This document shows, in pieces, positions 38,165-49,692 of a stretch of DNA of 64,000 nucleotides. The stretch covers positions 40,982,001-41,046,000 of the forward strand of contig OX597815.1 in NCBI GenBank assembly GCA_951406725.2. Direction: 5' to 3'. Origin of the DNA: Octopus vulgaris (lineage: Eukaryota). The notes under the pieces are model-generated. The model did no database searches and had not been told where the DNA came from. It was given only the letters and a program-made list of their open reading frames with translations. Numbering within the stretch: the first letter of the stretch is position 1; each line of letters begins with the position of its first letter. Made by a program: the position numbers and the translations under genes.

Positions 38165-41100
38165 AGGGCTTAGTAAAATTCTCCATTTCTCTGTCTGACA
38201 TAATAAAGGGTGAATTAGCTCCTCACTTCAATGGAGTGGTTGACTTTAGAGACATCTTACTACCATTTCAGACGTTTAGAAAACTGATGCCCAATAGGTT
38301 TTGATGATGATGTTATTACTCTAAACTCTGATATAAATATACAAAATGCTCCTTTAACTCTTGAAATACATGTGTGAATTAACAAGGGTACACTTGAAGC
38401 AGTAAGATTAGTCTAGCTTTTAATAAAGGTTATTTATCAGAAACATGAATTGTAAGTTATTCATTTGTTGTTATTGATGTTATTTTTTATTAACTTACCA
38501 AGTCATCTGAAGATACTCTGTGTTTTACATTTGCTTCTCTGATGTATTTAGGATCTTTTTTTTGTTGTACAAAAGTACATCTTGGAAACCACCGAGCATG
38601 TTCTTCCCATGGAATGTCATCCTCCTCCCAATTACGTAAGCCACCATCACAGCTAAAACAAATTACTGTGTCAGCATTTCCTGCAGACCAATAGAAAATG
38701 AAAAGAAATAAGTAAAACAAATAAAATTGAAAAAGTACTAAGAAAGTCAACTCTGGTGGAACTAGAATTCAAAATGTAAGAAACCACTCTGGAACACAAG
38801 AATAACTGCTTCTGACATAAAGACAAGGCCTGGTATTTTGGGGAAGTCAGTCAATTATATTAACCCCAGTACTCTATTTTATCAACCTTGAAAGGATGAT
38901 TTTGGTAGGAATTGAACTTAGTAGAAAAAGTGCTGGAAGAAAGGCAAGGTATTTTGTCTGATACTCTACCAAATTTCAGATTTCACTCCAGGGCATTGGT
39001 CAGTCTACAGCTATAGTAGAGAGCACCAGCCAACAGAATCCATGCGGTAAAAGTGAATTGTGCACTTGTCTGTCTACCTACCTACAACACATTCATATAC
39101 AAATATACATAGATGCACATAAACACACACATACATATACTTACATGCATACTTAACACATACATGCACAAAAAATACACAAACATAAGTGATTCAACTG
39201 AAAAATAATTTTAAAAAAATAAACATTTTTTATGGAAGTTGTCAAATACTTTCAGTGTTGATATACATTCTCTGAAAGCCCTACAAACCTTTCTTCTTCC
39301 TCCTAGCTATTCTCATAGTCATTGTTTTTATGCCTTCTTTTCCATAATGCTCAAATCTTCTGGTTGCATGTATTCAGATTAGGTTATTTATTTAGTTTTA
39401 ACTATCAGAATAAAGTTAAGCTATAACAGTCTGAGGAAGGTATATAATAACTAGGGCAATTTTTTGCCGAAATGTTAAAATTTATAAAAATATTTGTTTC
39501 AAAGTTTTTTTTTAATCACAAAATCAAAAATGAAATTTCACTAAAAATAATATTTTTTTTTGATCAGATACTGAAAAGAATAAATAAATTAATTGATATA
39601 CATTTTATGTATTGATTAAACCTAAATTTGATATGTTTCTACTAGTTATTAGTGGAGTTGTTGTATTAGACTACCACCTTGGAGCTATTTTTAGTACTCC
39701 CTATGGCTTATTCTACCCTTCAATGTTGAAAATTATTTGATACCATGTGTGTTCAGTCATTTGAACACAAACAAATGTCTAGCAGGTCTGAATAGTTTTT
39801 CTGTGAGACAAATTTCCAACTTTAAGGTACTTTTACCAATATTAGTTATTGGTGAGGGATACGAACCCCTAATGTTGATTGTTTGAATCTTTTTTTCTGA
39901 TTCACGAAACAGGCCTTTTTAAGAATGCAAATATTTATTACCATCCAATTGTAAGTGTATTTACTTACAGTTTTAACTTTTTGCACTTTTTATTTAGGAA
40001 TTTTCAATTTACCATTGAAAGTAAGTACTTTTCCTAGCTATTTTTTTTTCACTATATGTAAATGTACAGTATGCCCGTTGTTCCTCAATAATATTTAAAT
40101 ATATATTTTTTATGCATCATTTAAGTTTGTTGTTAAGTATTATGTAAATTTCTGTCTGAGGTTAATTGAATTGAATCATTTTCCTTCACCATGCATTGCT
40201 GGATCATTTTGAAGTTGATTATGGAGTTCTTTTATCATTGCCTTATCGAGTCGCTTTTTTTCTGGTTCAAGTAATTTTAATTTTGATTATTATGATTTTC
40301 TTATTCTTAACTCAGATTCCAAAGCCAAAAATGAGTGAAAAAGAAAGTGCCCTTGAATCTACAGAGAAATTCTCAAAAGAATTTGTATTTCAGCAGGCTT
40401 ATAAAGATCAATTTTAAAATGTCCCCTATTTCAGGCCAGTAATTTTTGCATTTGAACAAATTAAACCATAAGGTTTCTGAATAGTTTCCCCTCAAGAATA
40501 TATAATCTGTTTGTGAAAGAATATAGTTTGAATCAATACAATCCATTTAAGTCAACAAAGTCTTTGTTTATTAACCTTGGTCAGTGTCTGATACATTTTA
40601 TACATTGCTCAGATCCTTGTTACTTGTTAGTAAACCCTAGCACTACACCATCTCTCTTCTGCTCTTTCTTACACTTTTGCTGTTTCCTACTCTCCCTCCT
40701 TCTCTTGTTTTTCCTCTGACTAGGTAGCACACTTGTTTCTGGGCTCTTTCTTGTACCTCTTTCACTCTGTATTTCTTTTCTCTCTCTCATTGGGTAACCA
40801 TGTACATCCTCTATAGCAAGACACTTATTTCTGCCTCTCTAGTTCTCTATTACACTCTAACCTTTCATCATCTGATACTGGATCACCTCCTCTAATGCTC
40901 CCTCTGTTCTGGCAAGACACCTGCTTCTATCTCTCTGTTTCTTTGTCACCCTCTAACCTTTCATCCTCTGATACAAGTTCCCCTCCTCAAATGCCCAGCC
41001 CCCCCCTCATAATTCCTTGTGTTGTGAGTTACTTGGTTACCCTGCCAGTGCTGGTGCCATGTTAAAAGCATCCAGTCCACACTGTAGCATGGTTGGCATT

Positions 41101-41483
41101 TGGAAGGGCATCCAGTTGTAAAAATCATACCAAAACTAACCTCACCTGTGCTAATGCCATGTAAAAAAGCACTGAGTCCACTCTGCGGAGTGGTTGGTGT
41201 TAGGAAGGGCATCCAGCCATAAAAGCCCTGTCAAAACAGACACAGTAGCCTTGGGTTGTTTTTATACCTGGTCGGCTCCTGTCAACCGTCCTACTCATGC
41301 AGGCATGGAAGATGGATGTTAAATGATGATGATGAGGATTATTTCATTGATGATTAACCCTTTTGTTACCAACCTGGCTGAAACCAGGTCTGGCTCTGTA
41401 GTACTTCATAAGTTTTGAATTAAAATCTTCCACCAAACCTTAGTCACAATTTATGTTCCTAACACAAGCTGAATGATAATTAA

Positions 41484-41517
<34 letters not shown>

Positions 41518-42436
41518 GTTTAGCGTCCGCTTTCCATGCTAGCATGGGTCATTTTACTAAATTCTTAATTATATTTAAAGTAATTGAAAGAAACATAGAG
41601 CATCTCAAAATAAATACAATAACGAAATGGTTAAAGCACATATTTCATCTGATTCTGTAATTGTTCCTTCTTATAACTCATCTTTAGCGGTTTATAACTC
41701 TGGTCTAATAATATGAAAAAATCTGTTTGGATTGAAAGGTATAGGCTCTTTGTGTATCATGGTTGTTTTTTAATAAAAAAAAAATTCCTTAAAAAAAAAA
41801 AGTTCTGTAAATAACAAAGAAAGTTCAGAAGTTTCTGAGATTATCTCATTATTATAATTATATATCATAAGTTCTTGATTTGCTTTTGAAAATTTTGGTT
41901 CGAATACATATTCCATATATCGCTAATAGACTCCAGATTAACTTTATACTACACAAGAAATCAATTTGGTTTGTTTTTTCAACTTGTATAAGTCTGGCAA
42001 GTAATTTGAGCAGCGGCAGTGTTTTGAAATTAAAACAATTATAATATGGAATTAGCTATTCAAAAATGCACAAAAATTGTTAACTTTACTTAAACAATTA
42101 ACCGATTTCACGTTTTATTTTGAATAACTACGTCTTCACGTTGTAATTGTTAATTTATAAATTGTTATGAGTTATTTCCCTTGAGCTGACTAACATTATG
42201 AAATTAAATATTTTTGAAAATATGTGCCAATATAAAACGAATTATTGAAATAGTATGTCTGGTGAATTACAATAGATATAGAAGTTAACATTGTAATCGA
42301 AGCAGGAATAAATAACATAAAAGAAATAAGTAACAAATGAAACTGAATCTTTTATGAGAAAAAGAAAGAACTAGTGAATGATAGAAAATACCTCTGCCAT
42401 TTTAGTCATTTTGTATTTATATTTTAATATTTTATA

Positions 42437-42480
<44 letters not shown>

Positions 42481-45462
42481 TCGTTTTATATTTAACATAT
42501 ATATAATTCCTTTTTATATCCTCTTCAGGCATTCAAGGTGGGGTAGTACCCCTGGTTGGGCAGAGCTAGTAGCACTTCCTAGGAGAAGCTCATCCACCTT
42601 GGTCCCCATCTGGCACCTAGCTCTCACCTGTAGTTGTAGGATGCGCAATAGCCACACCTGGTAAACCACTTCGACTGGCTAACTAAATCAGGTGAGGATA
42701 GTTGAGGGGTCTCAATTCTTCAGTGAGATAGGGGCTTTTCTACCTATGCATGTGAAGACTAGTTCTCGCATAGTGGGCAGAGGAAACCACTAGTAAGGTC
42801 CAATGATCAGGAAGGCAGTACCAGTAGGCGTTGTGGAGCGCCTAGAACATGACAACACACTATGGAGTCCTGGTCATCCACTGCAGCAAGAAGGGTCTCC
42901 AGCTGTAACAGTTCCCAGTGCCACTGGGTCAAGGTTCTTTCTGTTGAGAGAGTGGAATTGTCCCTATGCAATGGCTCTCCTATTTAAAACAACTTCATGC
43001 ATAGGTGTCTGTGCTTCTCAGCCTTACAACTGTCAACCTCAAGTCCTGCAGTAATAGAGGAATGGAGAAAGGGACAGGTGGAGGTAACCACCTGCACATA
43101 AGTGGCTTGTGGATCTGGTCGCTGTTCTTTGTATTGGACAACGGAGAACTTCAGCAGCATCCCATGCAACAGGGCAGCCTTTCTGGGACAGTACTGCTCA
43201 CCCTAGTAAGGGAGAAGCCTAGAAAAGGTTGCCTAAAGAAAGCTTGTACTAAATTCTGGTCAGGTAACTGTGACTGCCAGAATTACCCATTTGCAGTTGG
43301 TTCTAACAAAGGAAATAACCTAATCATTGGTACATGGAACATATATACTCTCATGGATTGAGACAATGTCTCCCGACCTCAGAGAAGAACAGCTCTCATT
43401 GCCAAAGAATTGTCAAGATACAATATTGAAATAGCAGCAATTAGTGAAACTCAACTGGCTGATAGAATCAGGCTGCAGCTACACTTTCTTCTGGAAAGGC
43501 AAAGCCTTATAAGCAGACAGAATACACAGAGTTGGATTCGCCATCAAGTCCAGTCTCTTGAAACAGATTTCCACTGGTGTAAATGAAAGGCTCATGAAAC
43601 TTTGCCTCCTTGTCAGAAACAAACACTTCATCACCATCATGAGCATGAATGCTCCTACAATGACATGCACAAAACAGAAAAGATCAGAGAGCAGTTCTAT
43701 GTCAACCTGGACACTGTGCTACCAACAAGCTTGTAATGCTGGGTGATTTCAACATTAGAGTTGGCAGGGATGAGGGAGCAGTGGAGAGGAGTTATAGGGA
43801 AGCATGGAGTTGGGAAGATGAATAGCAATGGCCTTTTGCTGAGCAAATGCACCAAGCACAACCTACTCATTACAAACACCACCTTCCAACAGGTTGATAA
43901 GTATAAGACATCATGGATGCATCTGTGCTCAAAATAACGACATCTTATTGATTACATTATAACCCCCCCAGCCTGACAGCTTTCAGTGCATTCCATGAAA
44001 TCCTTGTATCCACTTGGGAGGAAGAGTGTATGGCTGCAGAGTTCTGAGATGCCACCATAGTTACACTCTACAAGAACATAATTCTCTACAAGGAGCCAAA
44101 TCAGACTGCAGAACCTACAGGGGCATTCCCTGCTTTCCATTGCTGGAAAAATCCTGGCCCACATCCTCTTCAATAGGCTCATCACCAGCATCTCTGAGAG
44201 CAACTTGCCTGAAGCCCAGAGTGGCTTCCACCCTGGCTGCAGCACTGTAGACATGGCGTTTGCTATGTGTCAAGTCAAGGAGAAATGCATTAAACAATAG
44301 AGGAATTTGTACTGTGTTCACAGACCTGACCAAAATTTTTGACACAGTCAACAGAGAGGCTTTGTGGAGCATCCTAACCAAGCTGGGCTGCCCATACAAG
44401 TTCACCACACTTATAAGACTCTTTCATGACAATATGACTGGTCAAGTTTTTAGCAAGTGACTGCACCAACTCTTTCAACATTTCTAATGGCGTGAAACAG
44501 GGCTGTGTTCTCTAACCCGTGCTGCTCCACTTGTTCTTCATGTGGGTCCTATTTTACACAATGAAAGACTTAGACCTGGGCATATACATCAAATATCGCT
44601 CAGATGGCTCTGCTTTTGATCTCCACCAACTCTCTGCTTGAACCAAGACAGTGGAAAAGCTTATAACTGAAGCCCTATTTGCAGATGACTGTGTCCTTAT
44701 GGCATATAAGAAAAATCACCTGCAGACCATTGTTGATCACTTTGCAGAAGCATCAAGGCTCTTTGGACTGACCATCAGCCTTGGGAAAACAGACATCCTA
44801 GCCCAAGCAGTCTCAAATACAATTCGCCCCTAGCCAAAATGTCACGACTGAGGGGGTCCAGCTTAAGTGCGTGCATGGAAAATTTCAGGTACCTTGGCAG
44901 CACAATTTCAGCTGATGGATCATTGGATGTGAAATATCCAGAATCCACAAGGCCAGCCAAGCACTTAGAAAACTGAAAGTGAAAGTCCACCAGCAGAATG
45001 GCATAAGACTATCGCCAAAGCTGAAGATCTTCGAGATTGTAGTTGTTTCTACACTACTCTATGGATGTCAAACATGGACCTCATACTGTTGGCACATCAA
45101 ACAGCTGGAACAATTTCATACAAAGGCACAGCGCAAGATCATTGGCATTCACTGGCAGGACAATGTGACAAACCAAAATGTACTGGACAGAGCTTGTTCA
45201 ACAAGCATTGAGTCAATGTTTCTCAAGGCTCACACAGAGAACAAATGACAGAAATTTCTGTCATTTGTACACTGTGTAAGTTGAACCTATTTATATAAGT
45301 ATATATATATTTATACATATAAATTCATCATTCATCATCTGAAAATTTCCTCATTTTACATGTATTCTTTTATACATATTTTGTATTTGATGTACTTAAT
45401 ATATTTAACATATCTGATGTGTCTAATTTGCTTATCCTAATAACTGCTTCTCTCTCTCTCTG

Positions 45463-45500
<38 letters not shown>

Positions 45501-48500
45501 TTCAGCAAAATTTAGATTCAAATGAATATGGTACTTAAGTCAGATGCACCAGAATTTTGTACGGTGTTATCCATATAAATTCATGGGGTGATTATAATCA
45601 AAGTAAGCAACAAGAATATCTTCGGTAATTTAGTACGATCGTTTCATGCTACATCATTTACAATGTTTAATAAAATGATGTAGCATGAAACGATCATACC
45701 AAATTACCGAAGATATTCTTGTTGCTTACTTTGATTATATATATATATATGTATGTATGTAAACATAATTTGACTTCACAACATTTACATCTTTCTTTAC
45801 AGCCCTTTGCTATTCTTTGCAATTAGTTAGTTTTCTCCTAAGTAGTCACAATCAGGCTACCTATTTCAGTGAGGTGTCATTTGATGACATCTCAAAATAT
45901 TTTTTATGGTATATAACTGAACATATATGCAGTGGGGTTTCTATATATACATATAATCCATTAAACAGGCTAGATGGCTACTATACAAAGATGCTATGAA
46001 TGCAGGAGCCCTGCTGAAAGTTAGTGAGAAGATCAGGCAAAGATGGCTGTGACTGACTGGTCACTGTGTGCACTACCTTAAACTGGAAGCAGCCAAATTA
46101 GTTTTGTGGAAACCACTTCATGATGATGCAGGAAGAGAAAAACGTTGTCACAAATTTATCAACAGCTTGATTGCAGACACTGGCCTGGAATGTATCCAGG
46201 ACCTTGAGGCAGTAATTTTGCACTGGGAGGTGTGACAGGTGGACCAATGTTTTTCTTTAATATTATCATTAGCTTTCCAATTTTTGATTTCACATTTGCA
46301 GAAAATACAATAGACATTATCTGCAGGCCCCTTGTGATAGAAATCATTAGCTGCCAAATCATTAGGTTTTAATTGGTAAGATGTCGACCACTTAAGAAAA
46401 CTTTTTATCCGATTCAGTTCAGATTTTAATTCCATTTTCATAAAAGATCTTAAATTTGAACATGTCAGACTAAAACGTGCATGTTCTTCATGGACATCAT
46501 CATTTTCTTTCCAGTTGTGCAGTTGGACAGAGCAGTATGCACACTTAACAGCATCTCCATATCCTAAGTAATAAAATCCACTCTTGGCAAGGTCTGTGGG
46601 TGCTACTGGAGTACTTCTTGGATTCCCAGACATAATTCAAGCTCTTCAGTCACTATCAATGGGAAATATCGAAGAGAGATAACTCTGGATAGACTTAGAG
46701 TCATAGCTTTGACTAAAACAATCAACAACATTGACTAAGTTGTTCCATTAGACCACCAGGTCAGAAAGAATTCAGCAATATTAGTGTGTGTGTGTGTATA
46801 CATACACACACACACACACACACATCATCATCATCATCATAATCATCATCTAATATCCATTTTTCTGTGGTTGCATGGGTCAGATGGTATTTATTGATAT
46901 AGATTATCTATGCCTAGACACCCTTCCTGCTGCAAACCCTTACCTGTTTCCAAGCAAGGTAATCCTTCTCATAGCTAGGCATGTTTTTCATGTAAGACTA
47001 GAAATGAACAATGTTGCTTGTATGCTGATGATGCTCATTTACAACCAATATGTGAGGTCTAAATAAGGGTACATACAAATACATGCACGCACACACACAC
47101 ACACAACATGCTTGTTTTGAGTTCTATCTACAAAATCCAGTAAAAAAGTTTTGGTTGGCCTAGGGCTAAAGTAAAAGTCCTAGATCACAGTTGGGAAGCA
47201 AGCTTTTTAACCACAATCATACCTACATCTATATCTATCTATATACATATATAATATCAGTCACATATATAATATATAATGTTGGCATCAAATTTTGGCA
47301 CAAGGCCAGAGATTTAAGGGATGGGGGAGGCAAGTTGATCACATCAACCCCAGTTCTCAACTGGTACTTCTTTTATCGACCTCAAAAGGATGAAAGGCAA
47401 AGTTGACCTTGACGGATTTCAAAAGCAGAACGAACAGACAGGCAAAATGCTGTTAAGTATTTCGCCCAGAATGGTAATGCTTCTGCCAGCTTGCCATCTT
47501 ATATAATATCATAGTCACAACATCAAATTTATTTTACTGAATGGTTTCACTCTGAAAACATACCAGAAATAGAGAGATGGGAATATATAGTTTGGGCTCT
47601 CTGCTACTGGAGGGCTGGGAATAGCACATCATCTGATTTCTGGATCCCAGAGCTGTGTAAAAAAAACAGGAATGAAATTCATGGATGAAAGAACGAAAGA
47701 AACAACCAAAAGAACAGGATTGGCTCTTAAGCCCATCAGAGTTACGTCCCTTGGATCATCCTCGCCGTGTTTTAAGCTAATGACTTGATACCAGCATTCA
47801 AATGGTATATTCTCTATCCCAGTTTATGTGATTTGACAGTTTTTACAGCTGGATGCACTTCCTAATGTCAACCACTTTCATGGAACCAACACTGGTGAAG
47901 TCACCAAGTAACTTTCATGACTAAAGAACTCTCTAAGTGGGAATACAGTAGTGGGAAGGTGACTTTTTGCTAAGTGTTAGGTGGTTAAAGTATGAAATAA
48001 GGGACAGGAATATGTTTCTTGTTGTAAAGGAAATACAAGCCAACCCATCAAAAGCTTGAGATGGATTACTTCTTTTACTTGATATATAAATATGGCTTAA
48101 CCCTTTAGCATTTAAACCGGCCATATCCGGCCAAAAGTATTCTGCCTGTTTTATGTTCAAACTGGCCAGATCTGGTCTCTCACACCAACCCTACAATATC
48201 GTTTTAAAAATTAACAGCTACCTCATAGCTACAAGATAATGCATGATTAGTTCAAAACAATATGGATGAAGAAGCATTAATTTTGGTAGAATAGTGCAAA
48301 CACTAAAGGGTTAATAAATGGTGATGAAAAATTTAAAACATGTATCATGTTTTTATTTTGAAAATAATAAACAAAATAAAACAATTTTAAATTATAATTT
48401 GATCATAAGTTCAAATTTTTCCTAATCATTATATTAGGACCTTGAGAGAAAAAAAAAAGAGAGTTAGGGTATATTTTCTTTGCTTTTCTTAGTTTACCCA

Positions 48501-49692
48501 GCTGTCTCTAGCAATATGTAAAGATCCAATTTTCAAAATCATGCTTTACATGCAGGCATGGAAACAAGAAATAATATTGCAGAAGAGAGTATGAAAAAAA
48601 AAAAAAAAAAAAAAAAAGCAGCAGCAGCTGCCATCGCCGCTGCTAAACATATAAATATTGTGTATACTTACCATTGTGATAAAATCCAGCTTCAGCTAGA
48701 GCTTCAGGGTGTTGTTTTTTATCTTTGGGCCATGAAGAGAATGTTTTAAGGCGTTCACCGTACAAAGAAAGACCTGGATGTATTGGACGGTCAAATATTA
48801 TATCACTCTTAGTTGGTATTGGTATATTATCCACGAAGTCCTCACACAAGAAGGGACAGTTTGGAGAAACTAACCTATGTTTTTCTTTAATATTATCATT
48901 GGCTTTCCAATTTTTGATTTCACATTTGCAAAAAACACAACAGACATTATCTGCAGGCCCCTTGTGGAAGAAACCATTAGCTGCCAAATCATTAGGTTTT
49001 AATGGGTAAGATGTTGACCACTTAAGAAAACTTTTTATCCGATTCAGTTCAGATTTCAAATCCTTTTTAATAAAAGATTTTAAATTTGGACATGTTGGAC
49101 TAAAACACGAATGTTCTTCATGGACATCATCATTTTCTTTCCAGTTGCGCAGTTGGACAGAGCAGTATGCACACTTAACAGCATCTCCATATCCTAAGAA
49201 ATAAAATCCACTCTTGGCAAGGTCTGTGGGTGTTACTGGAGTACTTCTGTTCCAGTTTTTAAAGGTATCCAGTCTTTTTTGCATATCAAGCATTTCATTT
49301 TCATTTAAAGTCTCTTTTTTGGGTATCACTGAATCAGTTTCCAGAATAGTGTTTGGAATATTAACAGCTGCTGCATTTTCACCATCTGTTTCATCATATA
49401 AAAAGACTGGAATACTGTCAAATTTGTATCTACATGGATTTTTATGTTTGAAACTAGAATCTGAAAATTTAACTACACTTTTGCAGGAAAAGCACATTAT
49501 TCTGTCTTCTGTAGTATCATAATAATAACCATTTGTAGCAAGTTCAATAGCTGTTAGCTTTGGATGCATATTCTCAGCAAATGTCAATAATCTTTCAACT
49601 TCATAGCTTAAATTTCCTTCTGGTGTACTGAGATTTTTTAAAAATATTTCCACAGGAGGCAAGAACCTGGCAGTAATAGCTGAACTAGCCAT
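31973..49692 (-). CDS. Inhibitor of apoptosis protein (IAP/BIRC family; XIAP/cIAP/DIAP2-like), 4xBIR-UBA-RING, 594 aa, join(49692-48672,38680-38499,37026-36924,35722-35591,34596-34447,32169-31973)
   Basis: Six exons joined by hand. All introns are GT-AG with compatible phases (1,0,1,1,1). Total 1785 nt = 594 codons + TGA. Contains three Cx2Cx16Hx6C BIR motifs plus one degenerate BIR, an MGY-type UBA and a terminal C3HC4 RING. Orthology to a specific BIRC gene cannot be assigned by eye. Confidence 0.92.
32455..32740 (-). mobile_element. CR1-like LINE 3' fragment in IAP intron 5
   Basis: VDVSVFKRELDIWLTKIPDEP...ASNSILHQ. Confidence 0.6.
34447..34596 (-). CDS. IAP coding exon 5: end of UBA (SFSQASDLLDAI) plus acidic linker
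   Basis: tttttgtttttaag| acceptor, CTA|GTAAGT donor. 150 nt, phase 1-1, open frame. Confidence 0.85.
35591..35722 (-). CDS. IAP coding exon 4: UBA domain N-terminal part
   Basis: METPTVKALLSMGYNRNLVKRIVKNKIKETG resembles the cIAP/XIAP UBA (MGF/MGY loop). ttttatattttag| acceptor, CAG|GTAAGA donor. Confidence 0.9.
36924..37026 (-). CDS. IAP coding exon 3: linker (ESSQVRSDFDSPEIDAIGRYYDMEDNRTSDNPTS)
   Basis: ttcttctcttaaag| acceptor and A|GTAAGT donor. 103 nt, phase 0 to 1, which is the phase change needed to join exon 2 to exon 4. Confidence 0.8.
37560..38097 (-). mobile_element. CR1-clade LINE reverse-transcriptase fragment in IAP intron 2
   Basis: QHGFQPGRSCLTQLL, IYLDFAKAFDKVNH, YADN motifs; decayed. 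Confidence 0.85.
38100..38164. repeat. (TA)n microsatellite
   Basis: Directly visible. Confidence 0.95.
38499..38680 (-). CDS. IAP coding exon 2: C-terminal half of BIR4
   Basis: tctgcag|GA acceptor completes [40 protein letters not shown]. Donor TTG|GTAAGT (phase 0). Confidence 0.95.
41358..41630. mobile_element. piggyBac-like MITE (TTAA TSD) interrupted by a (CAT)n RTE tail
   Basis: ttaa-CCCTTTTGTTA...TAACGAAATGG-ttaa. Confidence 0.6.
42530..45235 (+). mobile_element. RTE (BovB-like) LINE, internally deleted and decayed, antisense in IAP intron 1
   Basis: IGTWNIYTLMD, AAISET, GKHGVGKMNSNG, FTDLTKIFDTVNR, GVKQGCVL, LFADD, FRYLGS and LLYGCQTW. Confidence 0.9.
45593..45738. repeat. Hairpin with about 66-bp arms between (TA)n tracts
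   Basis: tataatcaaagtaagcaacaagaatatcttcggtaattt... / ...aaattaccgaagatattcttgttgcttactttgattata. Confidence 0.88.
46243..46618 (-). pseudogene. Intronic partial copy of IAP exon 1 (BIR2 and most of BIR3)
   Basis: Ungapped match to 48873-49248 with 24 substitutions in about 376 nt. Lies within ORF 46148..46633. No polypyrimidine acceptor. Confidence 0.85.
48101..48310. mobile_element. piggyBac-like MITE, TTAA TSD
   Basis: ttaa-CCCTTTAGCATTT...AAACACTAAAGGG-ttaa. A related inverted copy lies at 63332-63552. Confidence 0.8.
48672..49692 (-). CDS. IAP coding exon 1: ATG, degenerate BIR1, BIR2, BIR3, N-terminal half of BIR4
   Basis: ORF 48643..49692 with RLxTF/RIKSF, GFY/GFF, CAYC-x16-H-x6-C and CVFC-x16-H-x6-C. 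Donor AATG|GTAAGT at 48672/48671 (phase 1). A likely acceptor (tcttttacttttatag) at about 49754 suggests an upstream 5' UTR exon. Confidence 0.95.
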
